A stretch of DNA of 64,000 bases from a virus (IMGVR_UViG_3300028840_008153:99143-163142); one strand, 5' to 3'. Positions 1 through 10,030 are shown, counted from the stretch's first letter. Numbers and translations are program-made. The notes: generated by a model from the letters alone, not told the origin.

Positions 1-829
1 CGTCCGGCCACTGCGGCTCCATGGGCTCAACCTTCTGGCGGATGGTGTGAAGGTCCTTGTAGCCGTGCCAGATGTCGTCCTCCTGCGTGTACTGCTCCAC
101 GTTGTCGAAGTCGTGTTCGTAGGGCTTTTCATCGAGGAATTCGTAGACTTTGGCCATCGTGGTCTTCGGCGCGACGGTGAGTTTCTCGTACTCCACGAAG
201 TGGATGCGGTTGCCAAAGCCCCTGCGCGTGGCGTCCCGAATCATGTTGAAGGCGGCGCCCAGCGGCTGGTCGGGCTGGCACCAGACCTCACAACGCCCGT
301 CCACGGTCTGGAAGCGCCCCGGATTCTGCATCTCGCCGGGGATGGGACGAATATCCTTGTTCTTGCGATAGAGTTTCTCGAAGCTGGACAGGATGTCGCG
401 CACGTCACGCACGGGTGCAAGGATCTTGATTCGGCGTCCCAGCAGCCTCTCAGCCATCTCGATCTGTGCCGGCCAGCCACGAGACTTGTCGAAGACCACT
501 GGAAAGCGGGAGTTGTGAAAATACCCATTGAGCAGCCCACGGAGCGCCGTCACCTTCACTTCCTCATCGTAGGCGGCTCGGAACTCGGACTGGTGCTCCC
601 ACTGGTTGCGCAGCATCGTCAGCATGCCAATGATGCCGCTGGTGGGCGTGACGTCGAAACGGTGGTTCTGCGCGAGGATGTTGACGAACAGCGTCGAGCC
701 CGCGCGCGGCAGCCCGGACACGAAGTGGATGATCTTGTCCTTGCCCGTCCACGATTCGGAACCCGGATGCCGGGCCTTCTTCGGCTTGCCCTTCTGCCGG
801 GGTTGCAACACGCCGCTGCTCTTGACCAT
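1..829 (-). CDS. Sulfotransferase-family protein (partial; gene continues past left window edge)
   Basis: Reverse-complement translation from ATG at 829..827 gives MVKSSGVLQPRQKGKPKKARHPGSESWTGKDKIIHFVSGLPRAGSTLFVNILAQ... with a PAPS-binding P-loop (GLPRAGST); AGGAG RBS 7 nt upstream. The plus-strand ORF 47..874 is its antisense shadow. Not in the ORF track because it runs off the window edge. Confidence 0.6.
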   Translation of the reverse strand, partial: MVKSSGVLQPRQKGKPKKARHPGSESWTGKDKIIHFVSGLPRAGSTLFVNILAQNHRFDVTPTSGIIGMLTMLRNQWEHQSEFRAAYDEEVKVTALRGLLNGYFHNSRFPVVFDKSRGWPAQIEMAERLLGRRIKILAPVRDVRDILSSFEKLYRKNKDIRPIPGEMQNPGRFQTVDGRCEVWCQPDQPLGAAFNMIRDATRRGFGNRIHFVEYEKLTVAPKTTMAKVYEFLDEKPYEHDFDNVEQYTQEDDIWHGYKDLHTIRQKVEPMEPQWPD

Positions 830-967
830 GAGATTGCTCCTGAGTTGCCGGGAGGATATCAGTACACCCGATAATGATAGAGCAAATCTATGAGAGCGTC
901 AATGCGCATTCACGAAGAAAAGCCCGCGCGGGGCGGGCTTCCTTGTGAAGTGAAACGGCGTTGAGAA

Positions 968-1240
968 TCAGGCGCTTGAGGACGACCCGACGCCCAGCTC
1001 TTCCTTGACGCGCGTCTCGACGTCCTCCATCGAGATCGTGCCGTTCAGATCGTCGTAGGCCGCGCCTTCGTAGATGGTGAGCGGCTGCGGCATCTCCCTC
1101 ACGAACGCCCTGATGAGTTTGCGCTGCGGCAGGCACACGACGCGTGTGACCGTGACGGAGCTGAGGTTTCGCACCTGCTGCTGGCGGACCACGATGTCCG
1201 CGCCGCCGGGAATATCGATTTGGCCATTGTTCGAAGCCAT
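968..1240 (-). CDS. Hypothetical protein (90 aa)
   Basis: ORF with AAGGAG RBS directly upstream of the ATG; lies between the tail-fibre gene and the sulfotransferase. Confidence 0.45.
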   Translation of the reverse strand: MASNNGQIDIPGGADIVVRQQQVRNLSSVTVTRVVCLPQRKLIRAFVREMPQPLTIYEGAAYDDLNGTISMEDVETRVKEELGVGSSSSA

Positions 1241-1256
1241 GGTTCTTCTCCTTACG

Positions 1257-4055
1257 TCAGTTAACGTCCTCCCCGACGCCCACCCACTGAGCCACTGCGC
1301 CCCAGTTGATGCTTGTGGCCGCCTCGCCCGTTACACGGACTTCGAGGTTGTTCCCGTTTTCACTGACTTCCAGCTGCCAGTTCTGCTCATCACCACCCGA
1401 AGACGAGGAGGAGCTTCCGCACGTCTCCATGGTGGGCACTTCGCACGCGCCCACGACCACGCTGTCCGAGCCGTCACGATAGGCCGTGATTTCCCGGGTG
1501 AATCCGCGCCGATGGACGCCCCCGTCCTCATTTCCAATGACCATCAGTCGCATGTGGACGGCCGAACCCGCCGTGATGGGAATGCTCATCAGCAGCGTCT
1601 CGGTCGCGTCGGTCGTCTTCGCGTTGCCCGTCATGCGGTGATAGCCGCGTTCGGCCGTGTACGTGCCGCCCGCGCCATCCTGGAAGGCCAGACTGTTGTG
1701 GGCCAGTTCGCCGTCCTTGGCCGCCGTGGTGCGCCGCCCCATGGCGATGGCCGCAAGGCCACTGGCCGTGTTGTTGTCGCCGCCGACCACCGTGCCATAC
1801 GCGCCACTGACCGTGTTGGACACGCCGCCCAGCACGGAGCCGCCCGCCGCCGTGATCGAGACGTTCTTGCCCAGCCCGGAGGCATTCGTGCCGGCCGTCG
1901 AGACGTAGCCGATGCGCGCCACGATCACCGCGTTGAGACCGTAGTTCTTGATCTGGCTGCCGAACGACTGCGAGTTGATGCCGTTGTCGATACGCACTCC
2001 GGTGCTGATAATCGCGCCCGTCGTGTCGTTGATCGTGCCCGTGCGGTTGACGATCGTTCCCATGGCCACTGAGCTGACGGCGTGCCCCGTGTTGGAGTAG
2101 GCCGTGTAACAGTAGTAGCCCACAGCAACGGAGTTGGTCGCGTTCGCCTGCGACCAGAGGCCGTCGGCAAAGTTGTAGTCGGACGTGTAGACGCCGCCCT
2201 GGCCCCGCCCCGCGTAGCACGCGAAGCCCGTGGCCACGTTGCGCGAGCTTCCGTTGTTGGTCTTGCAGTAGTAGCCCATGGCGACCCCCCACGTGTAGGA
2301 GTCGTTGTACATGCCCATGGCCACCGACTTCGTGTAGCCGTCACCCGTGTAATTGTAGTTGCCGATCGCACAGGAGTCGTTGGCGAAAGCGTCGTTCCCA
2401 CGACCGACGGCCGAGTTGTAGCCGCCTTTACATTCGTTCTGCCGCCCGAAGGCCACGCCGCTGTATTCGACCGTGTTGTAGGAGCCAACGGCCACGCCGT
2501 GTCGCGCCGTGGACCCGTAGGTCTTGATGTAGTTGCCCACACCAAACGCCGCGCTCCACGGGTTGTAAGACCTGTTCTTGAACCCAACAGCGATCATGCG
2601 GTCGCCGTTGTAATTGATCGTGTTCTCAGCGCCGAACGCCAGACAGTAGTCGCCACCGTAGATCTTGTTGCGGCGCCCGACAGCCACGCAACCCCAACTG
2701 GTCGGGCTCTCCAGGCCGTTGATGTAGTTGTCCACGCCTATCGCAGAGGAGTTCGTGCAATAGCCGTAGATTTTGTTGGAGATGCCGAAGGCGGCATTGC
2801 GACCCGAGTCGGAGTCTCCCCGCTTGGCCGTCACGTAGTTCCAGTTGCCAAAAGCGAGATTACGCTCACCGGTGCTGGTGGTGTTTACGTAACCGACGGA
2901 GCCACAATAGTTTTCGTAGGCGTAGCAGAAAGACCCGAAAGTGAATGCCCCGGTGTCGTACGCCTTGCCGTAACGGCCGACCGTGATTGATTTACCGCCT
3001 GTGGCGTTGTTTCCGTTGCCGGCGGCAAAATCGTACCCGGTCGCAGAATTGGCCGTGTTGCCGTAACCAAAGGCGCTTGAGTAGTTGCCTCCCGCCCCGC
3101 CAGCCTGGTTGTTGACGCCAAACGTGCTGGAGCCGCCGCCCTTGGAACGGTTGCCACGATTTGCAAAGCCGGGCCCGAAGCCCGTACCCACAGCCACCGA
3201 CGAATAACCTGAAGCCTCGCTCTGCCCGCCCATCGCCACGGCGTACGTGCCGGAGGCAACCTGGTCGGCGTACTGGATGCGCGCCTGGATATCCAACGCA
3301 TAGGTGCCGCGCGCATCGCCGGGAATCTGTGTCTCGGTCGGGAAGTCGTACCCGCCGGAAGAGGACGATGACGAGGAAGAGAGCGGCAGCGGTGACGCGG
3401 GTCGGGCCAGCAGTGCGTTCACGCCGGTGCGGCGAAGCAGCAGGTTGGTGGGATTGACGGCAAGCGGCTTGTTGGTGCCGTCAAGGATCGTGCCCTGCTC
3501 TGTCTGCTCGGTATCGGCCAGAACCACGGTGCCAAGCTGCGAAAGCGTGGCAGGCGTGTCCGACCCGCCGGGACCGGTCGCTCCGGTTGTGCCGGTAACG
3601 CCCGTAACGCCTGTGACCCCAGCGCCTCCTGCCGATCCTGTTACTCCGGTAACGCCTGTCACGCCCTGAGAGCCGGCTGGCCCTGTTGCTCCGGTGACGC
3701 CGTTGGGCCCTATGGGTCCATTGGCTCCGGTGACACCTGTTACACCAAGGGAGCCCGCTGAGCCTGTCGCCCCGGTGACACCCGTCACGCCAAGGGAACC
3801 AGCTGGCCCCGTCGCTCCGGTAACGCCGTCCGTGCCTGCTGGGCCTGTCGCGCCCGTCACGCCGTCTGTTCCGGCAGAGCCCGTAACACCAGTAACGCCC
3901 GTAGCTCCCGTGACGCCCGTAACACCCGTGACGCCAAGCCCTCCCGCCGTAACGTCGACCTTGCGCGCGGCGTCGCTATTGTCAACTGGCGCGGGCAGCC
4001 CCTTCAAACGGTTGCCCTGCATGTCGATCGGGTTGAACATCGGCGTGTCGGCCAT
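1257..4055 (-). CDS. Tail fibre-like protein with a collagen-like (G-X-Y) domain and YadA/Hep_Hag-like head repeats
   Basis: 932 aa. N-terminus [35 protein letters not shown] resembles phage tail-fibre N-termini. It has a roughly 120-residue run of [10 protein letters not shown]... collagen triplets and a poly-Ser linker. The C-terminal about 600 aa is full of recurring NxVAxG/SVAMG/AFG motifs like trimeric-autotransporter head repeats. Confidence 0.65.
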   Translation of the reverse strand: MADTPMFNPIDMQGNRLKGLPAPVDNSDAARKVDVTAGGLGVTGVTGVTGATGVTGVTGSAGTDGVTGATGPAGTDGVTGATGPAGSLGVTGVTGATGSAGSLGVTGVTGANGPIGPNGVTGATGPAGSQGVTGVTGVTGSAGGAGVTGVTGVTGTTGATGPGGSDTPATLSQLGTVVLADTEQTEQGTILDGTNKPLAVNPTNLLLRRTGVNALLARPASPLPLSSSSSSSSGGYDFPTETQIPGDARGTYALDIQARIQYADQVASGTYAVAMGGQSEASGYSSVAVGTGFGPGFANRGNRSKGGGSSTFGVNNQAGGAGGNYSSAFGYGNTANSATGYDFAAGNGNNATGGKSITVGRYGKAYDTGAFTFGSFCYAYENYCGSVGYVNTTSTGERNLAFGNWNYVTAKRGDSDSGRNAAFGISNKIYGYCTNSSAIGVDNYINGLESPTSWGCVAVGRRNKIYGGDYCLAFGAENTINYNGDRMIAVGFKNRSYNPWSAAFGVGNYIKTYGSTARHGVAVGSYNTVEYSGVAFGRQNECKGGYNSAVGRGNDAFANDSCAIGNYNYTGDGYTKSVAMGMYNDSYTWGVAMGYYCKTNNGSSRNVATGFACYAGRGQGGVYTSDYNFADGLWSQANATNSVAVGYYCYTAYSNTGHAVSSVAMGTIVNRTGTINDTTGAIISTGVRIDNGINSQSFGSQIKNYGLNAVIVARIGYVSTAGTNASGLGKNVSITAAGGSVLGGVSNTVSGAYGTVVGGDNNTASGLAAIAMGRRTTAAKDGELAHNSLAFQDGAGGTYTAERGYHRMTGNAKTTDATETLLMSIPITAGSAVHMRLMVIGNEDGGVHRRGFTREITAYRDGSDSVVVGACEVPTMETCGSSSSSSGGDEQNWQLEVSENGNNLEVRVTGEAATSINWGAVAQWVGVGEDVN

Positions 4056-4068
4056 GGAAGTATCTCCG

Positions 4069-4347
4069 TCAATCCGGCGCTTCAGTACCGTCCGTTGCGA
4101 TGACCCTGATCGAATCCGTTGGCGGAGCCGGCGTCAGCGTCAACCGTATGCTCGTGCTGTTGGGCGTCTGCTTCTCCATCTGGAAGGCCACGACATCGTT
4201 CGAGGACTGAAGCAGATCCAGACACCGCACACAGACATCCTCGGTGGAGAAGCCCAGATCGAGATCGAAGACCGTGTTGATGCCGTCTCCGATAGTCTGA
4301 TCCACTTTCGCCATTGCTTCTCTCCCGATTTCGGAACTGATTCCCAA
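4069..4347 (-). CDS. Small tail-fibre-associated structural protein (92 aa)
   Basis: Shares a DG(I/T)xTVF(D/V)(L/I)DxGF N-terminal motif and a (I/T)(R/T)LTLTPAP C-terminal motif with the adjacent 4363..4827 gene; paralogous pair immediately upstream of the fibre gene. Confidence 0.5.
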   Translation of the reverse strand: MGISSEIGREAMAKVDQTIGDGINTVFDLDLGFSTEDVCVRCLDLLQSSNDVVAFQMEKQTPNSTSIRLTLTPAPPTDSIRVIATDGTEAPD

Positions 4348-4362
4348 ATGCCTCGCCGCGCG

Positions 4363-4827
4363 TTATGGCGGGAAGACAAACGCGGCAACCCGTCCTGTTG
4401 CGGGCGCCGGAGTCAGCGTCAACGTGATCTGCGTTGGGCCCGGAGAAGCCAAGTCCTTGTCGAAGAAGAAGATGGGCCCGCCGCCGAAGTTGTCGAACAG
4501 GTAAACCTGCGCGTTTTCCGTCGCAAAGCCCGCGTCGATCACGAACACCGTGCTGGTGCCGTCGCCGAGCGTGGTCGTGAAGTAGTCACCGCCTGACCCG
4601 CCGCCACCAAAGCCTGTGGTCGTGACCAGAATCCGGTTGGTGAGCAGATCGTGGATGTATTCGTCGTGAATCTCCTTCAGCGCCGCCAGGTAAAGCTCCG
4701 TCTCCAGCGCGCCGGGAACCACGATGCTCTCATTGGTGTTGACGATCATGCCGTTGGGCGGGATGTACGGAAGGCGCCTGGTCTCTACCAGGTTCTTGAC
4801 CCGCGTCAGCATTCGCTCGTTGGGCAT
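4363..4827 (-). CDS. Small tail-fibre-associated structural protein (154 aa), paralogue of 4069..4347
   Basis: Track ORF begins at TTG 4833; the ATG at 4827 has a perfect AGGAGG RBS 6 nt upstream. GGGGSGG linker; C-terminal ITLTLTPAPATG motif. Confidence 0.5.
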   Translation of the reverse strand: MPNERMLTRVKNLVETRRLPYIPPNGMIVNTNESIVVPGALETELYLAALKEIHDEYIHDLLTNRILVTTTGFGGGGSGGDYFTTTLGDGTSTVFVIDAGFATENAQVYLFDNFGGGPIFFFDKDLASPGPTQITLTLTPAPATGRVAAFVFPP

Positions 4828-4956
4828 CGTCAACCTCCTGTGAACATGAATCTAGCCGCCACGATGACGAATGCAATAGCTCCCAGCAGCAGAAGCAGCA
4901 TGCCGAGCGCCAGTAGGATGATCAGCGCCCCGTTCGTGTTGCCTTCCTTGTTCACC

Positions 4957-5904
4957 TCAGTCTTCCATGGGCAGCGGATACGTTTCCCCGTCCTCGGCTA
5001 TCTCCGCCGGCCCTGTTGGCCCGGGCTCGTGCGTAGGCCGGGGCGGAGCGTTGTCGGGCGCGCCGGCCTTGCCGGGTATCGGACTCAGGAAAGGCTCATC
5101 CGCCCTGCGGCCCTCGGCCTGCGGACGCTGAGTGTAGCCTAAGGAAGCCAATCTGTCACGCGTCAGCTTCACCACTTCCTTCAGCGGCTTCGACAGATTC
5201 CCCGGCGTCTTCAGCGTCTCCAGAAAGTAGTGGGTCAGGGCTCCGCACGGGCGCCCGTTCACGTACGTGTCCGCGCTTGTCTGGTTGCTTTTGCAGCCAC
5301 TTACGAACCCCACCTCTAATCGCCCACACACGACCGCCCGGGGAGCGGGAGCTATGGATCGACTCAGACATGTGCGCTTCCTCCACTCGATGTCCACGGG
5401 CGTCGGGTACATCCTGGGGATCATGTCAGGCGCGTTGGGTACGGGCATGGCTCGGGTCAGATCGCCTGAGTGGCAGGAGTCGTTGACCCACGAGAAGAAG
5501 CAGCCCTTCGGGATGCGGCCGAACATGCGCACGAAGTCCTTGTCCGTGAGCATGTGGTTGAGGTCCCACTGAAAGTCAACGGGACACACGGCTTCGAGCA
5601 TTCCGTCGATCTCGTGGGCGTAGTCACGTGTTGGATACTGCACGCCATGGCCGGAGAAGTGGAAGAACACGCGAGCGCCCTTCCTCACCTTGACCAGCCA
5701 GTCGATGCGCTCCTTGATGGCCTGCGTGGTAGCTCGTTCGTCCACGAGCAGACGGATGTTCTCGGGGCTGAACCCGAAGACCTCCACCAGGGCCTCAGCC
5801 ATGTCGGAGACGTCGTTGACGCAGCCGGCCAGCGGAGCACCGGGGTAGCGATTGATCCCTACGAGGAGGGCTTTTTCTTCTCGTCTGAGTCCTTTGTCGC
5901 ACAT
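4957..5904 (-). CDS. Caspase-like peptidase (C14 family; metacaspase/orthocaspase-like)
   Basis: ALLVGINRYPGAPLAGCVNDV...FFHFSGHG (catalytic His) ... WVNDSCHSG (catalytic Cys): canonical caspase His-Cys dyad context. Confidence 0.65.
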   Translation of the reverse strand: MCDKGLRREEKALLVGINRYPGAPLAGCVNDVSDMAEALVEVFGFSPENIRLLVDERATTQAIKERIDWLVKVRKGARVFFHFSGHGVQYPTRDYAHEIDGMLEAVCPVDFQWDLNHMLTDKDFVRMFGRIPKGCFFSWVNDSCHSGDLTRAMPVPNAPDMIPRMYPTPVDIEWRKRTCLSRSIAPAPRAVVCGRLEVGFVSGCKSNQTSADTYVNGRPCGALTHYFLETLKTPGNLSKPLKEVVKLTRDRLASLGYTQRPQAEGRRADEPFLSPIPGKAGAPDNAPPRPTHEPGPTGPAEIAEDGETYPLPMED

Positions 5905-8900
5905 GACAGTTTTCTCCGTAGTGCTCGTTTCCTAAGAATAGCACCTGACTTGGCCAACGGGTAGTCATGATGCAGCGAGATGAAAGCCGGGTTGCGGTAT
6001 GCGCCGCTGGGGAACTTCTCCATGGCGGAGATGCGTGCCAGGCGCCCCTTCCAGTCCTCAGCCTCGTCCATCATCTGCCTGCGGGTGGCGTCGTCGAAGC
6101 CACCGCCCACCTTGCCCACGATCGGGCCCGTTGGGCTGAGACTGTAGTCAAAGCCGCCAGCGGCACCCTCGTACTTGCCCTTACCTGGGAAGACGTTCTG
6201 AATCCAGACATCATGCTCGGGCCGTGGCTTGACCTTGATCGCGCGTCCGGGCCTGGCAGCGGGCCACGCCACGACGCCCTCGTAGGTTGCGGGGTGTTCG
6301 CCGGACACGATGCGCTCATAGAGGGCCTTCTGCTCTTCAGGCGTCCGTGCGGTCTCAGGCAGCCGGAACTGACGATCCGGCAGGTGCTTCATCAGCTCCT
6401 GCAGCTTCTGCATGCGCTCCTCGCCGGTCAGCGTGCCGGGCTCAATCGGCGTCTTGCCCCAGCGCACCACGTCGAAGAGCATGTTCCTCATCTGGACATT
6501 CTGTGCCTTCTGCTTCTCCAGCGAGTTGGATAGCGCTGCGTTGAGTATGCCGCCCAGCTCCTGTACCGGTACTGCCTTGCCTTCACGTTCCCCGTACACC
6601 TCGCCACGGACGATCGTCCCTTGTAACTCCTTGGGAATATCGACCTTCGCCCCGCCAGGACCGAAGATCTTGTAGGTATAAAGGATCGGCCGTCCCGTCT
6701 TGGAGATTCGGTAGGAGAGGGCTTCGATTCGATCACCCAAGAGATGATACAGCGCGCTGGCGCCATCCACTTTCTCCTGAATCATGTAGTTGGGGTCAAA
6801 CAGCTTCTCCACCTTGTCGGCGGGCACCACGCCATACTTCAGCTTCTTGATGCCCACCTCTTCAGGCTTTCCCTTGAGCAGCTTGGCCGCGCTCACCGGC
6901 GTGGTGTTGATCATCAGCCACGCGCCGCCCTGCTGCTTGCGCTGACGGGCGCCTGCCGCGCTCGGCGGCCCGGACATGCGCACCATCGTGTAGAACTCAG
7001 GGAAGCGTTTGTGCGTGACCACGAACTGGATCTTGTCGCGTTCGGCCTTGGTCACGATGACCGAGCCGTAATCATGCTTCTTGACCGTGCCCTTGCCGTA
7101 GCCTTCCTCGATGTTGCCCTCGAACTCAGCGTACTGCCCACGATGAAGCGGCTGCTGGTAGAGCATGATCTTCTTACCAGGCTCGGGCAGCTCCTTGCGT
7201 GTGGCCCACGAGTAGAGCGAAGGCTCTCCGCCTTCCCTGCCCAACCTGACGTCGTAGTGGGGGCCGGCCTTCTGCGCCAGATGACGCTGCACGACCCATT
7301 TGAGGACCTCGCCGTGAGGGATCTGCCTGGGATCGCCAAAGCGTTTGGGATCGGGCAGGCCCGGAGCATAGTCCGCTTCGCCCTTCTTCAGTAGCTTGTA
7401 ACCTCCATAACTGGCAACAGGAACGCCAACCGCAGCCAGTGCGGTGAGCAGCTTGTTGCGCCGTATGGCGCCCAAGAGCCCCTGCTGCTTCTTCCAGTGG
7501 CCGTGCAACAACCTCTCGGCAAGCTCGGTATTCTCGGGTGTTAGGCCGTGCCCCGCGCGTTCGGCGAACTCTCGCAGACTCGCCACGCTCTTGCGCGCAA
7601 ACTCTGGATCACCCTCGGGCACATCAAAAAGCGCCAAAAGCGGCGCTATTCGGCCGGCCACGTCTTTCTGGCTGGAAGGGATCTGCAGCCCAACCTGTTT
7701 CCCCTTGGAGAAAAGCTCTGTGCCAAGGGGCACGTCCGTCAGCTTGCTCTTCTTCCAGTTGGCAAGATCCATGTCGGCGACTGCCTCGCCATATATCTGA
7801 CCGCGCGGGTCATTTCCACGGAAGAACTCCTTACCCATCTGGTAGAAGTCAGGCTCGACGTTTGTGAGATGCTGCGCCTTGAAGTAAGGCAGAGCCGCTT
7901 TCTTCTCGATTGTTGGTAATCCTGTGATCTTCTCAGCCAATTCCCATAGGAAATCCTGAGACTTTGGTAATTCCGTGTCATCCCATAGCAGCTCTGCGGC
8001 CTTTCTTATCTCCAGACCACGATTGGCCTCTTCGCTCGACTCCTTGAGCACTTCGAGGAACTGCGTGATGAGCTGCTGTTTGGTCTCGGAGAGGTTGGAC
8101 ATGTACTGGTCGGCGCCCGTGTCCTTCTCCACCATGCCCCAGCGTTGCATTAAGCCCCGCTTGGGGTTGGAGAAGTAGCGTCTGACCTTCACAACACGCT
8201 CTTCTTCAGGCAGGTGAGCGTGGCTTCCGTGCCGGACCGCTCGCCCTGTCATCTGATCGAGCCTGGACTGGTTCCAGTGCGGCTCCATAAGCTGCATGAG
8301 CTTGGTGCCTTTGAGGTCCAAACCCTCCGAGCCGGCGCCTGATACCAGTAAGATCTTCACATTGCCGGAGTTGTAATCCTCCACGATCTCACGGCGCTCG
8401 CTGTCCTTCAATCCGCCCGTGAACACGTGATGTGGAACGCCCTTCTTCTCCAACGCCTCGGCCAGCGGTAAGATACCGGATTGCAGGTAGTTGGAGTACA
8501 CCACGGCCTTGAAGTTGGGATCGCTCTCCAGCCCCTTGTAAAGGTCGCCCAGCATGCGCCTTAGCTTGGGAGAGTGCGCAACCGCCGAGCCCTTCATCGT
8601 CTCGTCGAAGGGCATGGGATTGTTGGACAGCTGGCGCACGGCCGAGAGGAATGCGTTGAGCTGGGCGGACTCGGCTTTGCTGGGTGGCAGGTTCTTCTTC
8701 ACCTTGTAGGCCAGCCCGACGTCCTCATTGAGGAACGCCTCATACATCGCCGTCTGCTCAGGCGTCATCTCGACTTCGATGTCTTCCTCTTCGACACGTG
8801 GGAAGTCGCCTTCGAGCGGATGGTAGTCAACACGGCCCTTGACGAGCCGTTTCAGCTCCTGCTGGTTCCTAAGGCGCTCCACCATTCCGGGCTTAACGCC

Positions 8901-9497
8901 GTGCCAAGTCTTCTGCCACCACGTGGGCCTTACCTCTACATTCTCCACGAACTTGTCACGGAAGGATTTATGAGATCCAGGCGGGTTTCGCCCCTGTGCC
9001 AGCACCTTGAGCATGGGCACGAACTCACTGGGATCGTTGCGCACGGGCGTGCCGGTGAGGAACATGACCTTGCCGTGGGCCTTTGTCGGGAGCTTGCTGA
9101 CTTTCGTGCCTGGCCGACCCATCCGATGTGCCTCATCGAAGACGGTTAGACCGGCCTGTGGCAAACCTTTGCTCACAGCCTTGTTATAAGACCGCACATC
9201 GTAGTCTGGTGCGCCCTCTGGCTGGTCGGTGAACTTCGACAGCTCCTTGCGGTAGTTCTCACGAAGCGCAGCAGGCACCACAACTGCTTTGGGGCCCTCG
9301 GTTTGCTCGCCTGCGGCGATGCTGGAGAGCGTCTTGCCCGATCCCAAGGCGTGATAGGCCAGAAGTGCAGGCTGTTGCTCCATCTTGGCAACAACACGCT
9401 CCTGCTGAGGCTGCATTTCCACCTCAGGCTTCAATGCGGCCTTCTTGGCTCTCTGCTTGGCGATCTTGATCAGGCCCATTTCGGAACCCATTCCCAA
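5859..9497 (-). CDS. SNF2-family helicase fused to a LigD-like 3'-phosphoesterase plus ATP-dependent ligase (nucleotidyltransferase) domain
   Basis: 1212 aa. N-terminus: GSGKT (motif I), DEAHR (II), LTGTPVRND (III), QMTGRAVRHGSH (VI). Middle: HYDVRLGREGGEPSLYSWATRKELP (LigD phosphoesterase HYDLR...SWAVPKG signature). C-terminus: KVDG (ligase motif I), YEGVVAW (IV), AIKVKPRP (V). Confidence 0.7.
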   Translation of the reverse strand: MGMGSEMGLIKIAKQRAKKAALKPEVEMQPQQERVVAKMEQQPALLAYHALGSGKTLSSIAAGEQTEGPKAVVVPAALRENYRKELSKFTDQPEGAPDYDVRSYNKAVSKGLPQAGLTVFDEAHRMGRPGTKVSKLPTKAHGKVMFLTGTPVRNDPSEFVPMLKVLAQGRNPPGSHKSFRDKFVENVEVRPTWWQKTWHGVKPGMVERLRNQQELKRLVKGRVDYHPLEGDFPRVEEEDIEVEMTPEQTAMYEAFLNEDVGLAYKVKKNLPPSKAESAQLNAFLSAVRQLSNNPMPFDETMKGSAVAHSPKLRRMLGDLYKGLESDPNFKAVVYSNYLQSGILPLAEALEKKGVPHHVFTGGLKDSERREIVEDYNSGNVKILLVSGAGSEGLDLKGTKLMQLMEPHWNQSRLDQMTGRAVRHGSHAHLPEEERVVKVRRYFSNPKRGLMQRWGMVEKDTGADQYMSNLSETKQQLITQFLEVLKESSEEANRGLEIRKAAELLWDDTELPKSQDFLWELAEKITGLPTIEKKAALPYFKAQHLTNVEPDFYQMGKEFFRGNDPRGQIYGEAVADMDLANWKKSKLTDVPLGTELFSKGKQVGLQIPSSQKDVAGRIAPLLALFDVPEGDPEFARKSVASLREFAERAGHGLTPENTELAERLLHGHWKKQQGLLGAIRRNKLLTALAAVGVPVASYGGYKLLKKGEADYAPGLPDPKRFGDPRQIPHGEVLKWVVQRHLAQKAGPHYDVRLGREGGEPSLYSWATRKELPEPGKKIMLYQQPLHRGQYAEFEGNIEEGYGKGTVKKHDYGSVIVTKAERDKIQFVVTHKRFPEFYTMVRMSGPPSAAGARQRKQQGGAWLMINTTPVSAAKLLKGKPEEVGIKKLKYGVVPADKVEKLFDPNYMIQEKVDGASALYHLLGDRIEALSYRISKTGRPILYTYKIFGPGGAKVDIPKELQGTIVRGEVYGEREGKAVPVQELGGILNAALSNSLEKQKAQNVQMRNMLFDVVRWGKTPIEPGTLTGEERMQKLQELMKHLPDRQFRLPETARTPEEQKALYERIVSGEHPATYEGVVAWPAARPGRAIKVKPRPEHDVWIQNVFPGKGKYEGAAGGFDYSLSPTGPIVGKVGGGFDDATRRQMMDEAEDWKGRLARISAMEKFPSGAYRNPAFISLHHDYPLAKSGAILRKRALRRKLSCATKDSDEKKKPSS

Positions 9498-9499
9498 AT

Positions 9500-9709
9500 C
9501 TAGGGCGCCCGGTCAGGTTTGAAGGCTGCAATGCGCCGGCCAAGGATGTCAGAGTACCTCGTCATGGCGGCGCGCTGCTCCTTCATGCGCTCCTGCTCGT
9601 CCTTTGGCAGCGTGGGAAAGATGTCGCCGCCCATGAACGCCTCCAGCCTCTTCGTCTTCTCATCCAACTGGCGTTTCTCTTCAACCACTCGCTCTTGATA
9701 CGGTTGCAT
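9500..9709 (-). CDS. Hypothetical coiled-coil protein (about 69 aa)
   Basis: Track ORF trimmed to the ATG with a G-rich RBS (MQPYQERVVEEKRQLDEK...). Confidence 0.4.
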   Translation of the reverse strand: MQPYQERVVEEKRQLDEKTKRLEAFMGGDIFPTLPKDEQERMKEQRAAMTRYSDILGRRIAAFKPDRAP

Positions 9710-9736
9710 GTCCCCACCCCCTGAATAGTGCACGGT

Positions 9737-10030
9737 TCAGCCGTCGTCTTCCTCCCACTCGGGGATCTCCACGACCTGACCTGCCAACTCGTGCGTGCAG
9801 TCGTCACAGAAATGCATCTTGCCGTCCCTGATGAAGCTGTGACAGCGTTTGTCTCCCGGTTTGTCCCCGTACCTCACCAGCAGGCTGGGATTGCACGTGG
9901 GCTTGTCCAGATCGCCGTTGAACTCCCAGCATGGTCCGGGGCCGCCTGTCTTGATCTGATGGTTGTCCTTGCAGCCGGGGCACCAGAACAGGAAGCGCTC
10001 GTTGTTCACGAATGCGTGGAACTTAGCCAT
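9737..10030 (-). CDS. Cys-rich zinc-finger-like small protein (97 aa)
   Basis: CPGC...C...C...H...CDDC pattern. Confidence 0.5.
   Translation of the reverse strand: MAKFHAFVNNERFLFWCPGCKDNHQIKTGGPGPCWEFNGDLDKPTCNPSLLVRYGDKPGDKRCHSFIRDGKMHFCDDCTHELAGQVVEIPEWEEDDG

Noticed and set aside
47-874. 275-aa plus-strand ORF (and similar long plus ORFs at 1074..2072, 2082..2990, 5967..6533, 14487..15644, 20859..21629, 26130..27137, 59073..60023, 60353..61246 and others)
   Set aside because: They are Leu/Val/Arg/Gly/Ala-rich, which is typical of antisense frames in GC-rich DNA. Each lies exactly opposite a minus-strand gene with recognisable domains and RBSs, for example the sulfotransferase at 1..829. 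I called none as genes.
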